DNA of 63,122 nucleotides from Terrimicrobiaceae bacterium (GCA_041752695.1 JBGSVZ010000126.1:1-63122); one strand, 5' to 3'. Positions 29,232-39,827 are shown, counted from the first letter of the stretch. Made by a program: numbers and translations. The notes: generated by a model from the letters alone, not told the origin.

Positions 29232-30968
29232 TCACCGGTCACCGGAACGCTGCGACCGTAAAATTTCCGCGGCAGTCCTGGCACGCCGGACACTTTCCCA
29301 GTCCCCATTTTTGTCGTGGGCTTCCGCGCGGACGTCCCAATAAAACGGATCGTTTCCCAGCGAGAGTTCCAGGACCTTCAGGAGTGAGAGTGCCTCCTTG
29401 ACCTCTCCCATGGCGGTGAGCACGCGGGCACATTGGAAAGCCGGCTGAACGCTATCGGGCCTCCATTCCCGCACTTTCCGAAAATGGACGAGCGCTTCCG
29501 GAAATCGCCCCGCCGCCGCCAGATCCAGACCGAGTTGGTAGCGGAGGGGGACGGACTTCGGGATGGCTCGCACGGCGTCTTCTCCGACTGCGGTGGCTTC
29601 GTTCGCGCGGCCCATTTTGTGGAGAAGAGCGATTTCATTGGCCCACACCACCTCATGAAGGGGCTCGCTGGCGCGGATTTTCCGGAACCGCTCCAGAGCC
29701 TGCTCCGTGCGTCCCTCCATCCCATCGAGCGTGGCATCGTTAATCTGCGCGGGAATACTCTCGGGATATTCTGCTAGCGTCCGCGCCACGATGGATCTCT
29801 CAGTTTTCCAAAAGGCGGCCTGCCGGAACGTCAGCGGCGCCAGAGCCACCGCCCAAGCACCGCAGAGGTACAGCGGAAAACGGAGTCCCCGGCGGAGACC
29901 CCCGTCCAGCGCGGCACCCAGGGCGAAGGCGAAAAACAGCGAGGGCACGTAACTCAGGCGGTCCGCGGTGAACGTGATGGGAAGCGCCAACAGCCCGGAA
30001 ACCGGAAGAAAACACGCTAAAAAACCCGCGACGCCCGGAACCACCAGATCTCTCCGTTCCCGGCATTTCCAAAAAACAGTGACCGCGAGCAAAAGGAGAA
30101 TTCCCCCAATTGCCGCATACCACAAAATCGTCCGTGCCGGCCAGGGATAAAAGACCGCCAGATGCCAGGGCCAGAGAAAAGCCACGGCCTGCCAACCCAC
30201 GGCCGCCAATGCCTGCAACACGCGATGCGGCAGGGGGTGATCGAACCAGGGCACCGCCTGGGCCGCCGGATTCCAATTCACCCAAAGCGTGGTCACCGCC
30301 GCGCCCAGGGCGAGGAAAAGATAGAGAGCGGATCGTTTCGCCCCCAGCATCCAGCCCTTGGAGTTCCACCCAGAGCCGCAGGCTTCCCACAAGAAGAGGA
30401 ATACCGGCAGCCCAACGCCGATTTGGGAGCACATCAGGCTCAGCGCAAACGCCCCCAGACTGGCCATCCGCAAATTCCAGGAATCGCGCGTCCGGCATTC
30501 CCGATACAGGATGAGGGAAACGAGGAGCCAGGCCGCCGCCAGAAGATGCTTTTGCGCCGAGATCCACGCCACCGCCTCCACCCGGAGGGGGTGTAAACAA
30601 AAGAGCGCCGTCGCCGCCAGGGCCGCACCGCCGGAAACCCCGAACTTCCGCAGACACAGCCAGAGCAATCCGGCATTGACCACGCCAAGCACCACACTCG
30701 TCGCGTGGAAAATCCAGGGGTGCACTCCCCCACCCAGCGAAACCTGCGCCGCCAGGGAAATCCAGAAGATCGGACTCCAGTTGTTTTCCCAAGGGGACGT
30801 AAACGCCCGCCAGACTCCCGAAATGGTCAGTCCGTCCCGCACGAACGGATTGTCCGCCGTATAAAGCCGGTCATCCCATGGACAGAAACCCGCCTGAAAA
30901 ACCGGCCAATAAATGGCTCCCAAGATCGCCAGCAGGGCGATTCCTAGAAGCCACCGACCGAAAGACAT
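29232..30968 (-). CDS. TMTC-like membrane glycosyltransferase (GT-C) with C-terminal TPRs
   Basis: WDD...Y...NP.V first-loop acidic motif, LF.LHPL.VEAVAWIS, ADR..Y.P, W....., then TPR repeats. Confidence 0.85.
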   Translation of the reverse strand: MSFGRWLLGIALLAILGAIYWPVFQAGFCPWDDRLYTADNPFVRDGLTISGVWRAFTSPWENNWSPIFWISLAAQVSLGGGVHPWIFHATSVVLGVVNAGLLWLCLRKFGVSGGAALAATALFCLHPLRVEAVAWISAQKHLLAAAWLLVSLILYRECRTRDSWNLRMASLGAFALSLMCSQIGVGLPVFLFLWEACGSGWNSKGWMLGAKRSALYLFLALGAAVTTLWVNWNPAAQAVPWFDHPLPHRVLQALAAVGWQAVAFLWPWHLAVFYPWPARTILWYAAIGGILLLLAVTVFWKCRERRDLVVPGVAGFLACFLPVSGLLALPITFTADRLSYVPSLFFAFALGAALDGGLRRGLRFPLYLCGAWAVALAPLTFRQAAFWKTERSIVARTLAEYPESIPAQINDATLDGMEGRTEQALERFRKIRASEPLHEVVWANEIALLHKMGRANEATAVGEDAVRAIPKSVPLRYQLGLDLAAAGRFPEALVHFRKVREWRPDSVQPAFQCARVLTAMGEVKEALSLLKVLELSLGNDPFYWDVRAEAHDKNGDWESVRRARTAAEILRSQRSGDR

Positions 30969-31759
30969 CAACCTTGTCTACGCCGACGGGCCACGCAAAC
31001 AAGAGATATGCCCAAACCCGCGAGGACAAATGTCCCCGGCTCCGGAATCGGCGTGGTGGAGACCACGATACTGTCAAAATGCGCTGTCATCTGACTCGTG
31101 CTGCTTTGGAAATTCAGCGTGGAGAAGGAGCTGTTATTATTCCAATAATTCCCCTTATCAATTTGAAGTCCGGAAAGGGTCACCGACTCCAGCACCGTTC
31201 CGGAGCCGTTGAGTTTGGACACGCCATAGTCATAGGTGCCCGCCCCCATGTTGAGAGTGATATCGACCTGATATTTGACGACCCCGTACTCCACCGTGCT
31301 GTATTGAGCAACCAATCCGGTGCTCACTCTCGTCAAAGCGGGGAGAGCATCACTCGCCGCGAACTGATTGGAATTCCAGGTCGAAGTGGAGAACCCTGAG
31401 GTGAAAAGATAGTCGCTGTTGTATCCTCCTCCCAAATAAAAGAGAAACGATGCTCCACCATTGGTGGCATTGGCCAAGGCGACATTGGGGTAACTGGCGT
31501 TGCGATTATTGGGATCCTGCGGCGGACCGGTCCAAGGTGGAACGCTGCTGGTGAGTTCGACGGTGTATTGGATGTAATACGTGTCCGTCTTGGTCATGGG
31601 CTGACTCAACGTCACGGAGGGAATGGCTCCCCCACCCTGCCAGGTCACGTCGTTCGCCTGGTAAAGAATGGTCGCCAGCAACGAACAAGGACAAGTCACC
31701 AGCGCGGTGGCGATTAACCCCAGCAAAACCCATCTTTTTGCACAACCTGTTGCTTTCAT
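30968..31759 (-). CDS. PEP-CTERM sorting domain protein (Ser/Thr/Asn-rich surface protein)
   Basis: Signal peptide. C-terminal IPEPGTFVLAGLGISLVCVARRRR. Confidence 0.92.
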   Translation of the reverse strand: MKATGCAKRWVLLGLIATALVTCPCSLLATILYQANDVTWQGGGAIPSVTLSQPMTKTDTYYIQYTVELTSSVPPWTGPPQDPNNRNASYPNVALANATNGGASFLFYLGGGYNSDYLFTSGFSTSTWNSNQFAASDALPALTRVSTGLVAQYSTVEYGVVKYQVDITLNMGAGTYDYGVSKLNGSGTVLESVTLSGLQIDKGNYWNNNSSFSTLNFQSSTSQMTAHFDSIVVSTTPIPEPGTFVLAGLGISLVCVARRRRQG

Positions 31760-31838
31760 CCCGTGCGTAACCTTGCGGAGCGGGGAAAATTTTCAAGGAA
31801 AAATTGCCAACCAGTTGCAGAACGGTCGCTCCAGGCGG

Positions 31839-32810
31839 TCAGGGAATGACCAAAAACTGCTGAACCGTCGGGTTGCTTCGGTAGGGATCGAAAAAGCGGT
31901 CCTGGGCGAGCACAGCAAAGAGCGGCGCGGGCACGCGGGACTGAAAGTCCGCGAGAGCCTGCGCGGCTTTCGGGAAATCACCCTGGTGCAGCAACACGGC
32001 CGCCTTACCCAGCAAATAGCGATCCGCATTGGCCACGAGGCCGGCTTGCTCAAAACCGGCTACGGCGGATCGCGCAGAGTCTGGCTGGCCGGCCTGAATC
32101 TGACAAATCAGGAGAAGATTCGGCGAGATCGTGCTCTCGGGATCCAGCCGGGCGGACTCTTCAAGGTCGCGGATGGCCTCGGCATATTTCCCCAAACGCC
32201 GATACATGGCGGCCCGTTTCAGATGGGAATGGGCGGGCAGAAAACCGGCGGTGATGGCTTTGCCGTAGGATTCAGCCGCCGCGACCGCGTCCCCGTTTTT
32301 CTCCTGCACCCAGCCAATGGCGTGCCAGGCCTCGCCATCCCCGGGCTCCATTTCCAGAACCTGCTGCGCCCGAGGTTCAATTTCCGGCCAGTTCCTTTCC
32401 CCGACCGCCCGCTGAAGTTGCCACCGGCGCTCTTCCAGTTGCGCCTGACGGATCCGCTCGGCCGTGAGGGGAGGTGGAGGTGTTGGCGTGGGAAGCGGAG
32501 CGGGTGGGGGCAGTTCTGCCATCACCGGAACCTCCCTTGGCCAGAAAAGAAGGGTCAGCCCAACGGCCAGAATGAGGAAAGCCGCTCCCGCGAAGGCCAT
32601 CTGTTTCCGGAAGCCCTCATAACGTTTGTCGCCGAAGAGCGGGCCCGCAACATCTCCCCCCAACTCGTCGATAAATTCCGGCTGGGGCGGTTTGCCGAAC
32701 ATCCCGTGTGTGCGCTCGGTGGGCAGTTTCGCCGGCCGCCGGGATGAGGACGCGTCCGGCTCGCCCTCATCGGGGGAATCTCCGTTGGGATCAGGAACGC
32801 TGTCGGACAC
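31839..32810 (-). CDS. Membrane-anchored tetratricopeptide repeat protein
   Basis: Single TM, Pro-rich linker, TPR units (AW..IG.V....GD...A...Y..A; Y.EAI.DL.....LDP). Confidence 0.82.
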   Translation of the reverse strand: MSDSVPDPNGDSPDEGEPDASSSRRPAKLPTERTHGMFGKPPQPEFIDELGGDVAGPLFGDKRYEGFRKQMAFAGAAFLILAVGLTLLFWPREVPVMAELPPPAPLPTPTPPPPLTAERIRQAQLEERRWQLQRAVGERNWPEIEPRAQQVLEMEPGDGEAWHAIGWVQEKNGDAVAAAESYGKAITAGFLPAHSHLKRAAMYRRLGKYAEAIRDLEESARLDPESTISPNLLLICQIQAGQPDSARSAVAGFEQAGLVANADRYLLGKAAVLLHQGDFPKAAQALADFQSRVPAPLFAVLAQDRFFDPYRSNPTVQQFLVIP

Positions 32811-32854
32811 GGCGAAACCCTACCCCAAGGATCCCGCCGAAACCAAGGCGCGAT

Positions 32855-33532
32855 TCACCCCTCCTGCCGCACGCCCACGTAAATGCGGTGAGCCTCCCGT
32901 TTGGCGCGCTCGTGGGCCTTGCAGGGAACTTCCTCCACCGCGAAACCCCCCCTCCGCAAACTCACAGGAAAAGCCGGTTCCCGTTCCGCCGACCAGAAGG
33001 CGACGCGCCCGCCCGGCTTGAGCGAACGCCAGATCAGGGAAATTCCCTCCCGCTGATAGATGCGCGCATTCTGCCGTTGCACCAGCGAGGTCGGCCCGTT
33101 ATCGACGTCGAGCAAAATCGCGTCGTAACGTGCCGGGCCCTTTTTAATGCAGTCAAACACATCGCCGGTGTAGATTTCCACCCGCGGATCATCCAGCAGA
33201 CGCCCATTCAGTCCCCCCAGAAATTCCCGATTCCAGGCCACCACTTCGGGCAGCAATTCCGCCACCTCCGCCGTCGCCTTGGGGCCGGTCAGCTCCAGCA
33301 CCCGTCGCAGGCTGAAGCCCAGGCCCAGCCCACCGATCAACACACGCGATTTCTCCCGGCGAGGCCCTGGAGGACAGGCCACATCGGCCAGCAGGAGTTC
33401 CGACACGGTCGAATTCGAGCCCATGAGCTGGCGGCCGTTGAGCTTCAAAAAATACTCGCCGTCGTGCTCATGCAGGGAAAAACGCGACCCATCCGGAGTG
33501 TGGGTCTCGGCCAGATTGCGAAAGGGCTTCAA
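32855..33532 (-). CDS. Spermidine-synthase-like SAM-dependent methyltransferase
   Basis: VLIGGLGLGFSL, VAELLPEVV.WN, ILLDVDNGP, L.PGG....WS. Start refined to TTG 33532. Confidence 0.85.
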   Translation of the reverse strand: MKPFRNLAETHTPDGSRFSLHEHDGEYFLKLNGRQLMGSNSTVSELLLADVACPPGPRREKSRVLIGGLGLGFSLRRVLELTGPKATAEVAELLPEVVAWNREFLGGLNGRLLDDPRVEIYTGDVFDCIKKGPARYDAILLDVDNGPTSLVQRQNARIYQREGISLIWRSLKPGGRVAFWSAEREPAFPVSLRRGGFAVEEVPCKAHERAKREAHRIYVGVRQEG

Positions 33533-33540
33533 GGAGAGTG

Positions 33541-36522
33541 CTACAAAATCCGTCCGCAACAGCTCTTGAACTTTTTCCCGCTGCCGCAGGGACACGGGTC
33601 GTTGCGGCCGGCCTTGGGAAGTTCACGCTTGAGGGACTGTTCAATCCGGGAAACCGGCGGTGCCGGGGCGACCATGGACTCCTCGGCAGGAGCCGCCGCC
33701 GCGGGACGCGAAGGTACCGGAGATTCTCCCTGGATCAGGTTCTGCGGCAGGCTGCGCAGCAGGTTTTCAAACGCCTGCAGATTCGTCGTGCTGCGGAAAA
33801 GGTTGTTGAGAACCTCGAACTTGATGGTGTCCATCAGCTCGCTGAACATGGCGAAGGCTTCGTTCTTGTATTCGACAAGCGGATCCTTCTGGGCAAAGGC
33901 GCGGAGATAAACCGCTTCGCGCAGGCCGTCCATCGCGTAAAGGTGTTCCTGCCAGAGGCGATCCACGGCGTTGAGGATAACGTAACGCTCCAGGCCGCGC
34001 AGGGCCTCGGCGTGTTCCATGGCCGCCTTCTTCGCGTACGCATCGCGAATGACACCCACGAGCCACTGACTGTTCCCCTCCACATCTCGGGTCTCCAATT
34101 CGGCTTTTTGCTCGGAAAGACCAAGAGGGAAGGTGGTGTTGATCCACTGCAGCAGACCCGTGCGATCCGGTTCCTCACCGTGTTCGGTCTGAAGAAATTC
34201 CGCGACCTTCTTCGGAACCATCTCGTCAATCACCTCATTGATCAGCGTGCGTGGATCTTCCGAATCCATCACTTCCTGGCGGTAGCCATACACGACTTCG
34301 CGCTGCTGATTCATCACGTCGTCAAACTCCAGCGTGCGGCGGCGGACCATGTAGTCGCGCTGCTCGACGCGCTTCTGGGCAGTTTCCACGCTTTTGTTCA
34401 GCCAGGGATGTTCCAGTTCCTCGCCCTCCTTGAGGCCGAAGGTTTCCATGATTTTCGTCATGCGGTCGGCCGCGCCGAAATTGCGCATCAGTTCGTCTTC
34501 GAAGCTGACGTAAAACCGGGACATGCCGGGATCGCCCTGGCGGGCGCAGCGTCCGCGGAGCTGTCGGTCGATGCGGCGCGAGGAGTGACGTTCCGTTCCC
34601 ATCACATAAAGACCGCCGAGTTCAACGACACCTTCGCCGAGTTTGATGTCGGTGCCGCGGCCGGCCATGTTGGTCGAAATGGTCACCGCGCCCTTGAGGC
34701 CGGCGCGCTGCACGATCTCGGCCTCCTGCATGTGGTATTTCGCGTTGAGAACCGTGTGAACGATTTTCTCGCGCTTGAGCATGCGGGAGACGAGTTCGGA
34801 GGCTTCGACGCTGGCGGTACCGACCAGAACAGGCTGGCCCTTGGCATGCGCGCCTTTGATGCCTTCGACAACGGCGTTGTATTTTTCGCGGCGCGTTTTG
34901 TAAATGCGGTCGTTCTCGTCGATGCGCTTGATCACGCGGTTCGACGGGATCACGTTCACGTCGAGATTGTAGATGTCGTGGAATTCGTTGGCCTCGGTTT
35001 CGGCCGTGCCCGTCATGCCGCCGAGTTTGTGGTAGAGGCGGAAATAATTCTGAATGGTGATGGTGGCGAGGGTCTGGGTCTCGCGGTCGATCTGCACGCC
35101 TTCCTTGGCCTCGACGGCTTGGTGGAGTCCATCGCTCCAGCGGCGGCCCGGCATTTTGCGGCCGGTGAAAGTATCGACGATGATGACTTTGTTTTCCTCG
35201 ACGACGTATTCGACGTCCTTCTCGTAAAGGCAGTAGGCCTTGAGGAGTTGGGAAATGTTGTGGATGCGCTCGGCTTGCGAGTCCGATTGCTGCTGGCGAA
35301 GGGCCTTTTTCTCCGCCTTCTGCGCGTCGGTCAGGGCTTTGTCATTTTCAATGTCTGCATACTCAGTGAGCAGATCAGGCAGGACAAACGCGTCGGGGTC
35401 ATCGGGGTTGAGATAATCGCGACCCTGCTGGGTGAGATCGGCGTCGTGCTGGCGTTCCTCAATGGTGAAGAGCAGCTCTTCCTTGAGGTCCACCAAACGG
35501 GCCTTGCCCTCGGTGTCCTTGTAAAATTCCAGTTCCGCCTTCTCGATGAGCTTGCGCAGCTCGGGATCCTCCATCGCGCGGAGAAGGGCTTTGCTGCGGG
35601 GTTGGCCAAGCTTCAACTTAAAGAGCGTGCGGCCGGCCTCGTCTTTTTTCCCCGCATCGAGGAGTTCCTTCGCCTCGGTGCCAAGACGGTTGCAGAGCAT
35701 GGTCTGCTTGCGCACAAGCTGATCGACGAGGGGCTTAAACCGGTCGAACTGATGGGTCGAAACGGTGGAGGGGCCACTGATGATCAGCGGTGTGCGGGCT
35801 TCGTCAATCAGGATGGAATCCACTTCATCAACGATCGCGAAAAAGTGTCCGCGCTGCACCTGCTGGTCACGACTGGTCGCCATGCCGTTGTCGCGCAGGT
35901 AATCGAAGCCAAACTCGCTGTTCGTGCCGTAGCTGATGTCACATTGGTACTGCGCGCGGCGCAATTCCGGGTGTTGATCGTGCTGGATAATGCCGACCGT
36001 GAGGCCGAGGAATTGATAAAGCTGCCCCATCCACTCGGCGTCGCGCCGGGCCAGATAATCGTTCACCGTCACCACGTGAACTCCGCGGCCGGAAAGGGCA
36101 TTGAGATAGACAGGGGCGGTGGCGACGAGAGTTTTGCCTTCGCCGGTGGCCATTTCCGCGATCCGTCCCCGGTGGAGGATCATGCCGCCGATGAGCTGCA
36201 CGTCAAAATGGACCATTGCCCAGGTCATAGGTTGGTCGCAAACCGTGAAGGTGTGCTTGCGCTCGGTCAGACGCCGGGCGGCATCTTTGACGACCGCAAA
36301 GGCCTCCGGCAGGATCTCATCGAGCCGGGCCGCGAGCTTGTCGTTGTCCGTGATGGGGGAGAGTTCCTCCTTCCAGGCGGCGGTTTTCGCACGCAGATCG
36401 TCATCCGAAAGGGAAGCCAGATTCTGCCCGATCTCGTTGATCTGGCGGACAATTGGCTGGATGCGGCGCAGCTCGCGTTGGTTCTTGCTGCCGACGATGC
36501 TCTTGATAATCCAGTTAAACAT
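33541..36522 (-). CDS. secA: Preprotein translocase subunit SecA
   Basis: MATGEGKT, VTVNDYLA, DEVDSILIDEARTPLIISG, TNMAGRGTDI, QLRGR..RQGDPG, C-terminal SEC-C CPCGSGKKFKSCC. Confidence 0.99.
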   Translation of the reverse strand: MFNWIIKSIVGSKNQRELRRIQPIVRQINEIGQNLASLSDDDLRAKTAAWKEELSPITDNDKLAARLDEILPEAFAVVKDAARRLTERKHTFTVCDQPMTWAMVHFDVQLIGGMILHRGRIAEMATGEGKTLVATAPVYLNALSGRGVHVVTVNDYLARRDAEWMGQLYQFLGLTVGIIQHDQHPELRRAQYQCDISYGTNSEFGFDYLRDNGMATSRDQQVQRGHFFAIVDEVDSILIDEARTPLIISGPSTVSTHQFDRFKPLVDQLVRKQTMLCNRLGTEAKELLDAGKKDEAGRTLFKLKLGQPRSKALLRAMEDPELRKLIEKAELEFYKDTEGKARLVDLKEELLFTIEERQHDADLTQQGRDYLNPDDPDAFVLPDLLTEYADIENDKALTDAQKAEKKALRQQQSDSQAERIHNISQLLKAYCLYEKDVEYVVEENKVIIVDTFTGRKMPGRRWSDGLHQAVEAKEGVQIDRETQTLATITIQNYFRLYHKLGGMTGTAETEANEFHDIYNLDVNVIPSNRVIKRIDENDRIYKTRREKYNAVVEGIKGAHAKGQPVLVGTASVEASELVSRMLKREKIVHTVLNAKYHMQEAEIVQRAGLKGAVTISTNMAGRGTDIKLGEGVVELGGLYVMGTERHSSRRIDRQLRGRCARQGDPGMSRFYVSFEDELMRNFGAADRMTKIMETFGLKEGEELEHPWLNKSVETAQKRVEQRDYMVRRRTLEFDDVMNQQREVVYGYRQEVMDSEDPRTLINEVIDEMVPKKVAEFLQTEHGEEPDRTGLLQWINTTFPLGLSEQKAELETRDVEGNSQWLVGVIRDAYAKKAAMEHAEALRGLERYVILNAVDRLWQEHLYAMDGLREAVYLRAFAQKDPLVEYKNEAFAMFSELMDTIKFEVLNNLFRSTTNLQAFENLLRSLPQNLIQGESPVPSRPAAAAPAEESMVAPAPPVSRIEQSLKRELPKAGRNDPCPCGSGKKFKSCCGRIL

Positions 36523-36704
36523 GAAAATTTGCGGAAGGGTTAATCAATCGCCGAACCGCTGAAAAGTCCACCGGGAAATCTGGAGACACGCCCGCGGAGC
36601 CGAATTGCGGTCGGGGCCGGAATTCGGCAACATTTTCCCCTTTATTGGCCAAGAAACCGTCTCGACAGGCGGCCCGCGTCGCCTAATTTCGGAAGTTCTC
36701 CGAC

Positions 36705-39700
36705 ATGTTGAAACATCCCGTCCAAACCGAAGGCCGCATCCGCCAGGCCGTTCGGCGCATCGAAGCCCTCATTTATACCCCCGTTTCTCCCGTGGAGGTT
36801 GCCATCTGGAATGTCGGAGGCGAACCCGTTCAGGCAGAGAAAGCTTTCAAGGCGAAATATGTCCCGTTTCAAGTCGGCTCAATGTGGGGGGCGCTTTGGG
36901 ACACCTCGTGGTTTCGTTTTCGCGGCGAGGTCCCCCGCGAGTGGAAAGGCCGCGAAGTCGTGGCCCGCATCCGGCTCACCAATATCGGACGCGAAGGTTT
37001 CACGGCCGAGGGCATGATCTACCAGGATGGCAAACCCGCGCGCGCCATCAACGCGAACCGACGTGAGGTGGCAATCTCCCTGAAAGCGAAGGGCGGCGAA
37101 AAGTTTGAATTCTTCGTCGAAGCCGCGGCCAATGGCGGAACAAACGAAGCCGGGGAAACCCAGGGGCTCAACTTGCCCGACTTTGGCGGCACCCCCCTTT
37201 TCCGCCTCGAACAGGCGGAACTCGCCTGCGTGAATCGCGAGGCTTTTGACTTTTACCACGACTTCAAACTCGCGTCCGAGGTGATGGACGTCCTCCCCGA
37301 GGATTCCCAGCGCCGGGGCGAACTTCGGGCGGCGCTCAACGAGTCCCTGAATCGTTTCACCGAATCCGACCCCTCCACGATCAAGCCGGCTCGCATGGCC
37401 CTGCGCGAAGTGATGCGCCGCCACAATGGCGACACGTCCCACACCCTCTCTGCCGTCGGACACGCCCATATCGACACCGCCTGGCTCTGGCCGCTGCGTG
37501 AGACCATCCGGAAATGTGCCCGGACTTTCTCCACGGCACTGGACTACATGGATAAATATCCCGACTACGTCTTCGTCTGCTCGCAGGCGCAGCAGTATGC
37601 CTGGATGAAGGCCTATTACCCCGACATCTGGGACCGGATCAAAAAAGCCGTGCGCCGCGGCCAGTGGGAACCGGTGGGGTCCATGTGGATCGAGACCGAT
37701 TGCAACCTCGCGTCCGGCGAGTCGCTGGTCCGTCAGATTCTGCACGGGAAACGCTACTTCGCCCAGGAGCTAGGCTACGACACCAAGGACGTCTGGATTC
37801 CCGATGTGTTCGGCTACGCCGCCTCGCTCCCACAGATCATGAAAAAATCCGGCGTGGAGTATTTTCTCACGCAGAAGATTTCCTGGAGCCAGTTCAATAA
37901 ATTTCCCCACCACACCTTCCTCTGGGAAGGCATTGACGGCACCAGGATCTTTACCCATTTCCCGCCGGCGGATACCTACAACTCCGTGATCGCTCCGTCG
38001 GAGCTGGCCTTCAACGTCAAGAACTTCAAAGAACACGACCGCGCCTCACGTTCACTCTTGGTCTATGGATTCGGCGACGGTGGCGGAGGCCCGACCATCG
38101 AAATGCTGGAAAAAGCAAAGCGCCTGGGCGACTTCGAAGGCATGCCCAAGGTGGAACTCGAAAAAGCCCTGACCTTTTTCGAAAAAGCCGAGGCCGACGC
38201 CCGCGACCTGCCCGTCTGGGTTGGCGAACTTTATCTCGAACTTCACCGCGGCACCTACACCAGCCAGGCCCGCAACAAACGGGGCAATCGCAAATCGGAA
38301 TTTCTTCTGCACGACGCCGAGTTCTTCGACGCCGTCAGCCTCGCCCTTGCGCCCAAACGCACGGAATCCGCCGCCGATCCCGAGCGCGCCGTTTACGATG
38401 TGACCGGCCTCGGCGAAAAAGGAGCCAACACCCACCGGGCCGCCCTCGACCGCGCCTGGAAACTTGTCCTCCTCAATCAATTCCACGACATCATTCCAGG
38501 GTCCTCGATCCATTGGGTCTATCAGGACAGCGATCGCGATTACGAGACGGTGCGCGTCCTCGGAGAATCCGTCCGCGACTCCGCTCTCGGATCCCTGGAG
38601 TCGCTCGTGGACACCCACGAATTTCTCCACCCGATTCTTGTCACCAACACCCTGGGCTGCCGCCGCCGCGAGATCATTTCCCTCCCCAATGGCACCGCCG
38701 CCAGCGTCGATGTGCCACCCTGTGGTTATACGGTCGTGGATGCCAAGGACGCCTTTCTCCACACCGCGGAAAACCCGGTCACCGCCAGCTCGACCAAACA
38801 AGGGATCACCCTCGAAAACGGCGTCGTCCGCGTGAAAATCAATGCCAAAGGCCACCTGACGAGCGTCTATGATCTGCGCGCGAAACGCGAAACCCTCAGC
38901 GCTCCCGGCAACGTCCTGCATCTGCACGAGGACATCCCGAATTGCTGGGACGCGTGGGACGTGGATGTTTTCTACAAGGAAAAATCCGTAATCCTCGACG
39001 GGATCAACACGCTGGAGCTGATCGAAAGCGGCCCCTTGCGCGCCATCGTGCGCGTCCGCCGTTCGTTCGGCAAATCGCTGCTCGAACAGGACATCATCCT
39101 GCGCGCCGGCTCGGCCCGCATCGATTTCTCCACCGAGGTCAACTGGCAGGAAAGCCAGAAAATGCTGAAGGTCGCCTTCCCGGTGGATATCCACTCACCG
39201 CGCGCCACCTACGAAATCCAATATGGCCACCTCGAACGCCCGACCCACACCAACACCAGTTGGGACCTCGCGCGTTTTGAAGTGTGCGGCCAAAAATGGG
39301 CCGACCTCTCCGAGACCGGTTACGGCGTGGCCCTGCTCAACGACTGCAAATACGGCTACGACATTCAGGGCAACGTCATGCGCCTCAGTCTACTCCGCGC
39401 CCCAATTTCGCCCGATCCGCTGGCGGACCGTGGACACCAAAAATTTACTTACGCCCTCCTTCCGCATGTTGGAGATCTCCGTCAGGCCGGGGTGATCGAG
39501 GAAGCTTACGCCCTCAACGTCCCCCTCCTCGCCCGCGAGACGAAACCCGCCGCCGGCCCCCTCCCCGCCTCCCACTCGTTTTTCCATCTGGATCGCGGGG
39601 TGATCGAGGCGATCAAGGTCGCGGAAGACGGCGGCGCGATCATTGTGCGTTTTTACGAATCCACCGGAGCCCGCGGCAGCGTGACCCTTTCCACCACCCT

Positions 39701-39827
39701 GCCGGTGCGCAAAGCGTCCCTCGCCACGATGATGGAGGAGGAGCAAAAAGCCCTCCCTCTGAAGGACGGCGAAGTGAAAGTGGACATGAAGCCCTTTGAA
39801 ATCGTGACGGTGAAATTCACGCTGTAG
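36705..39827 (+). CDS. Alpha-mannosidase, glycoside hydrolase family 38 (cytoplasmic type)
   Basis: GHAHIDTAWLW, WIPDVFGY, ELYLELHRGTYTS, NQFHDIIPGS, LLNDCKYG. No signal peptide. Confidence 0.96.
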   Translation: MLKHPVQTEGRIRQAVRRIEALIYTPVSPVEVAIWNVGGEPVQAEKAFKAKYVPFQVGSMWGALWDTSWFRFRGEVPREWKGREVVARIRLTNIGREGFTAEGMIYQDGKPARAINANRREVAISLKAKGGEKFEFFVEAAANGGTNEAGETQGLNLPDFGGTPLFRLEQAELACVNREAFDFYHDFKLASEVMDVLPEDSQRRGELRAALNESLNRFTESDPSTIKPARMALREVMRRHNGDTSHTLSAVGHAHIDTAWLWPLRETIRKCARTFSTALDYMDKYPDYVFVCSQAQQYAWMKAYYPDIWDRIKKAVRRGQWEPVGSMWIETDCNLASGESLVRQILHGKRYFAQELGYDTKDVWIPDVFGYAASLPQIMKKSGVEYFLTQKISWSQFNKFPHHTFLWEGIDGTRIFTHFPPADTYNSVIAPSELAFNVKNFKEHDRASRSLLVYGFGDGGGGPTIEMLEKAKRLGDFEGMPKVELEKALTFFEKAEADARDLPVWVGELYLELHRGTYTSQARNKRGNRKSEFLLHDAEFFDAVSLALAPKRTESAADPERAVYDVTGLGEKGANTHRAALDRAWKLVLLNQFHDIIPGSSIHWVYQDSDRDYETVRVLGESVRDSALGSLESLVDTHEFLHPILVTNTLGCRRREIISLPNGTAASVDVPPCGYTVVDAKDAFLHTAENPVTASSTKQGITLENGVVRVKINAKGHLTSVYDLRAKRETLSAPGNVLHLHEDIPNCWDAWDVDVFYKEKSVILDGINTLELIESGPLRAIVRVRRSFGKSLLEQDIILRAGSARIDFSTEVNWQESQKMLKVAFPVDIHSPRATYEIQYGHLERPTHTNTSWDLARFEVCGQKWADLSETGYGVALLNDCKYGYDIQGNVMRLSLLRAPISPDPLADRGHQKFTYALLPHVGDLRQAGVIEEAYALNVPLLARETKPAAGPLPASHSFFHLDRGVIEAIKVAEDGGAIIVRFYESTGARGSVTLSTTLPVRKASLATMMEEEQKALPLKDGEVKVDMKPFEIVTVKFTL

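Noticed and set aside
33538..36543. 1001-aa plus-strand ORF
   Set aside because: Antisense mirror of secA with no recognisable motifs.
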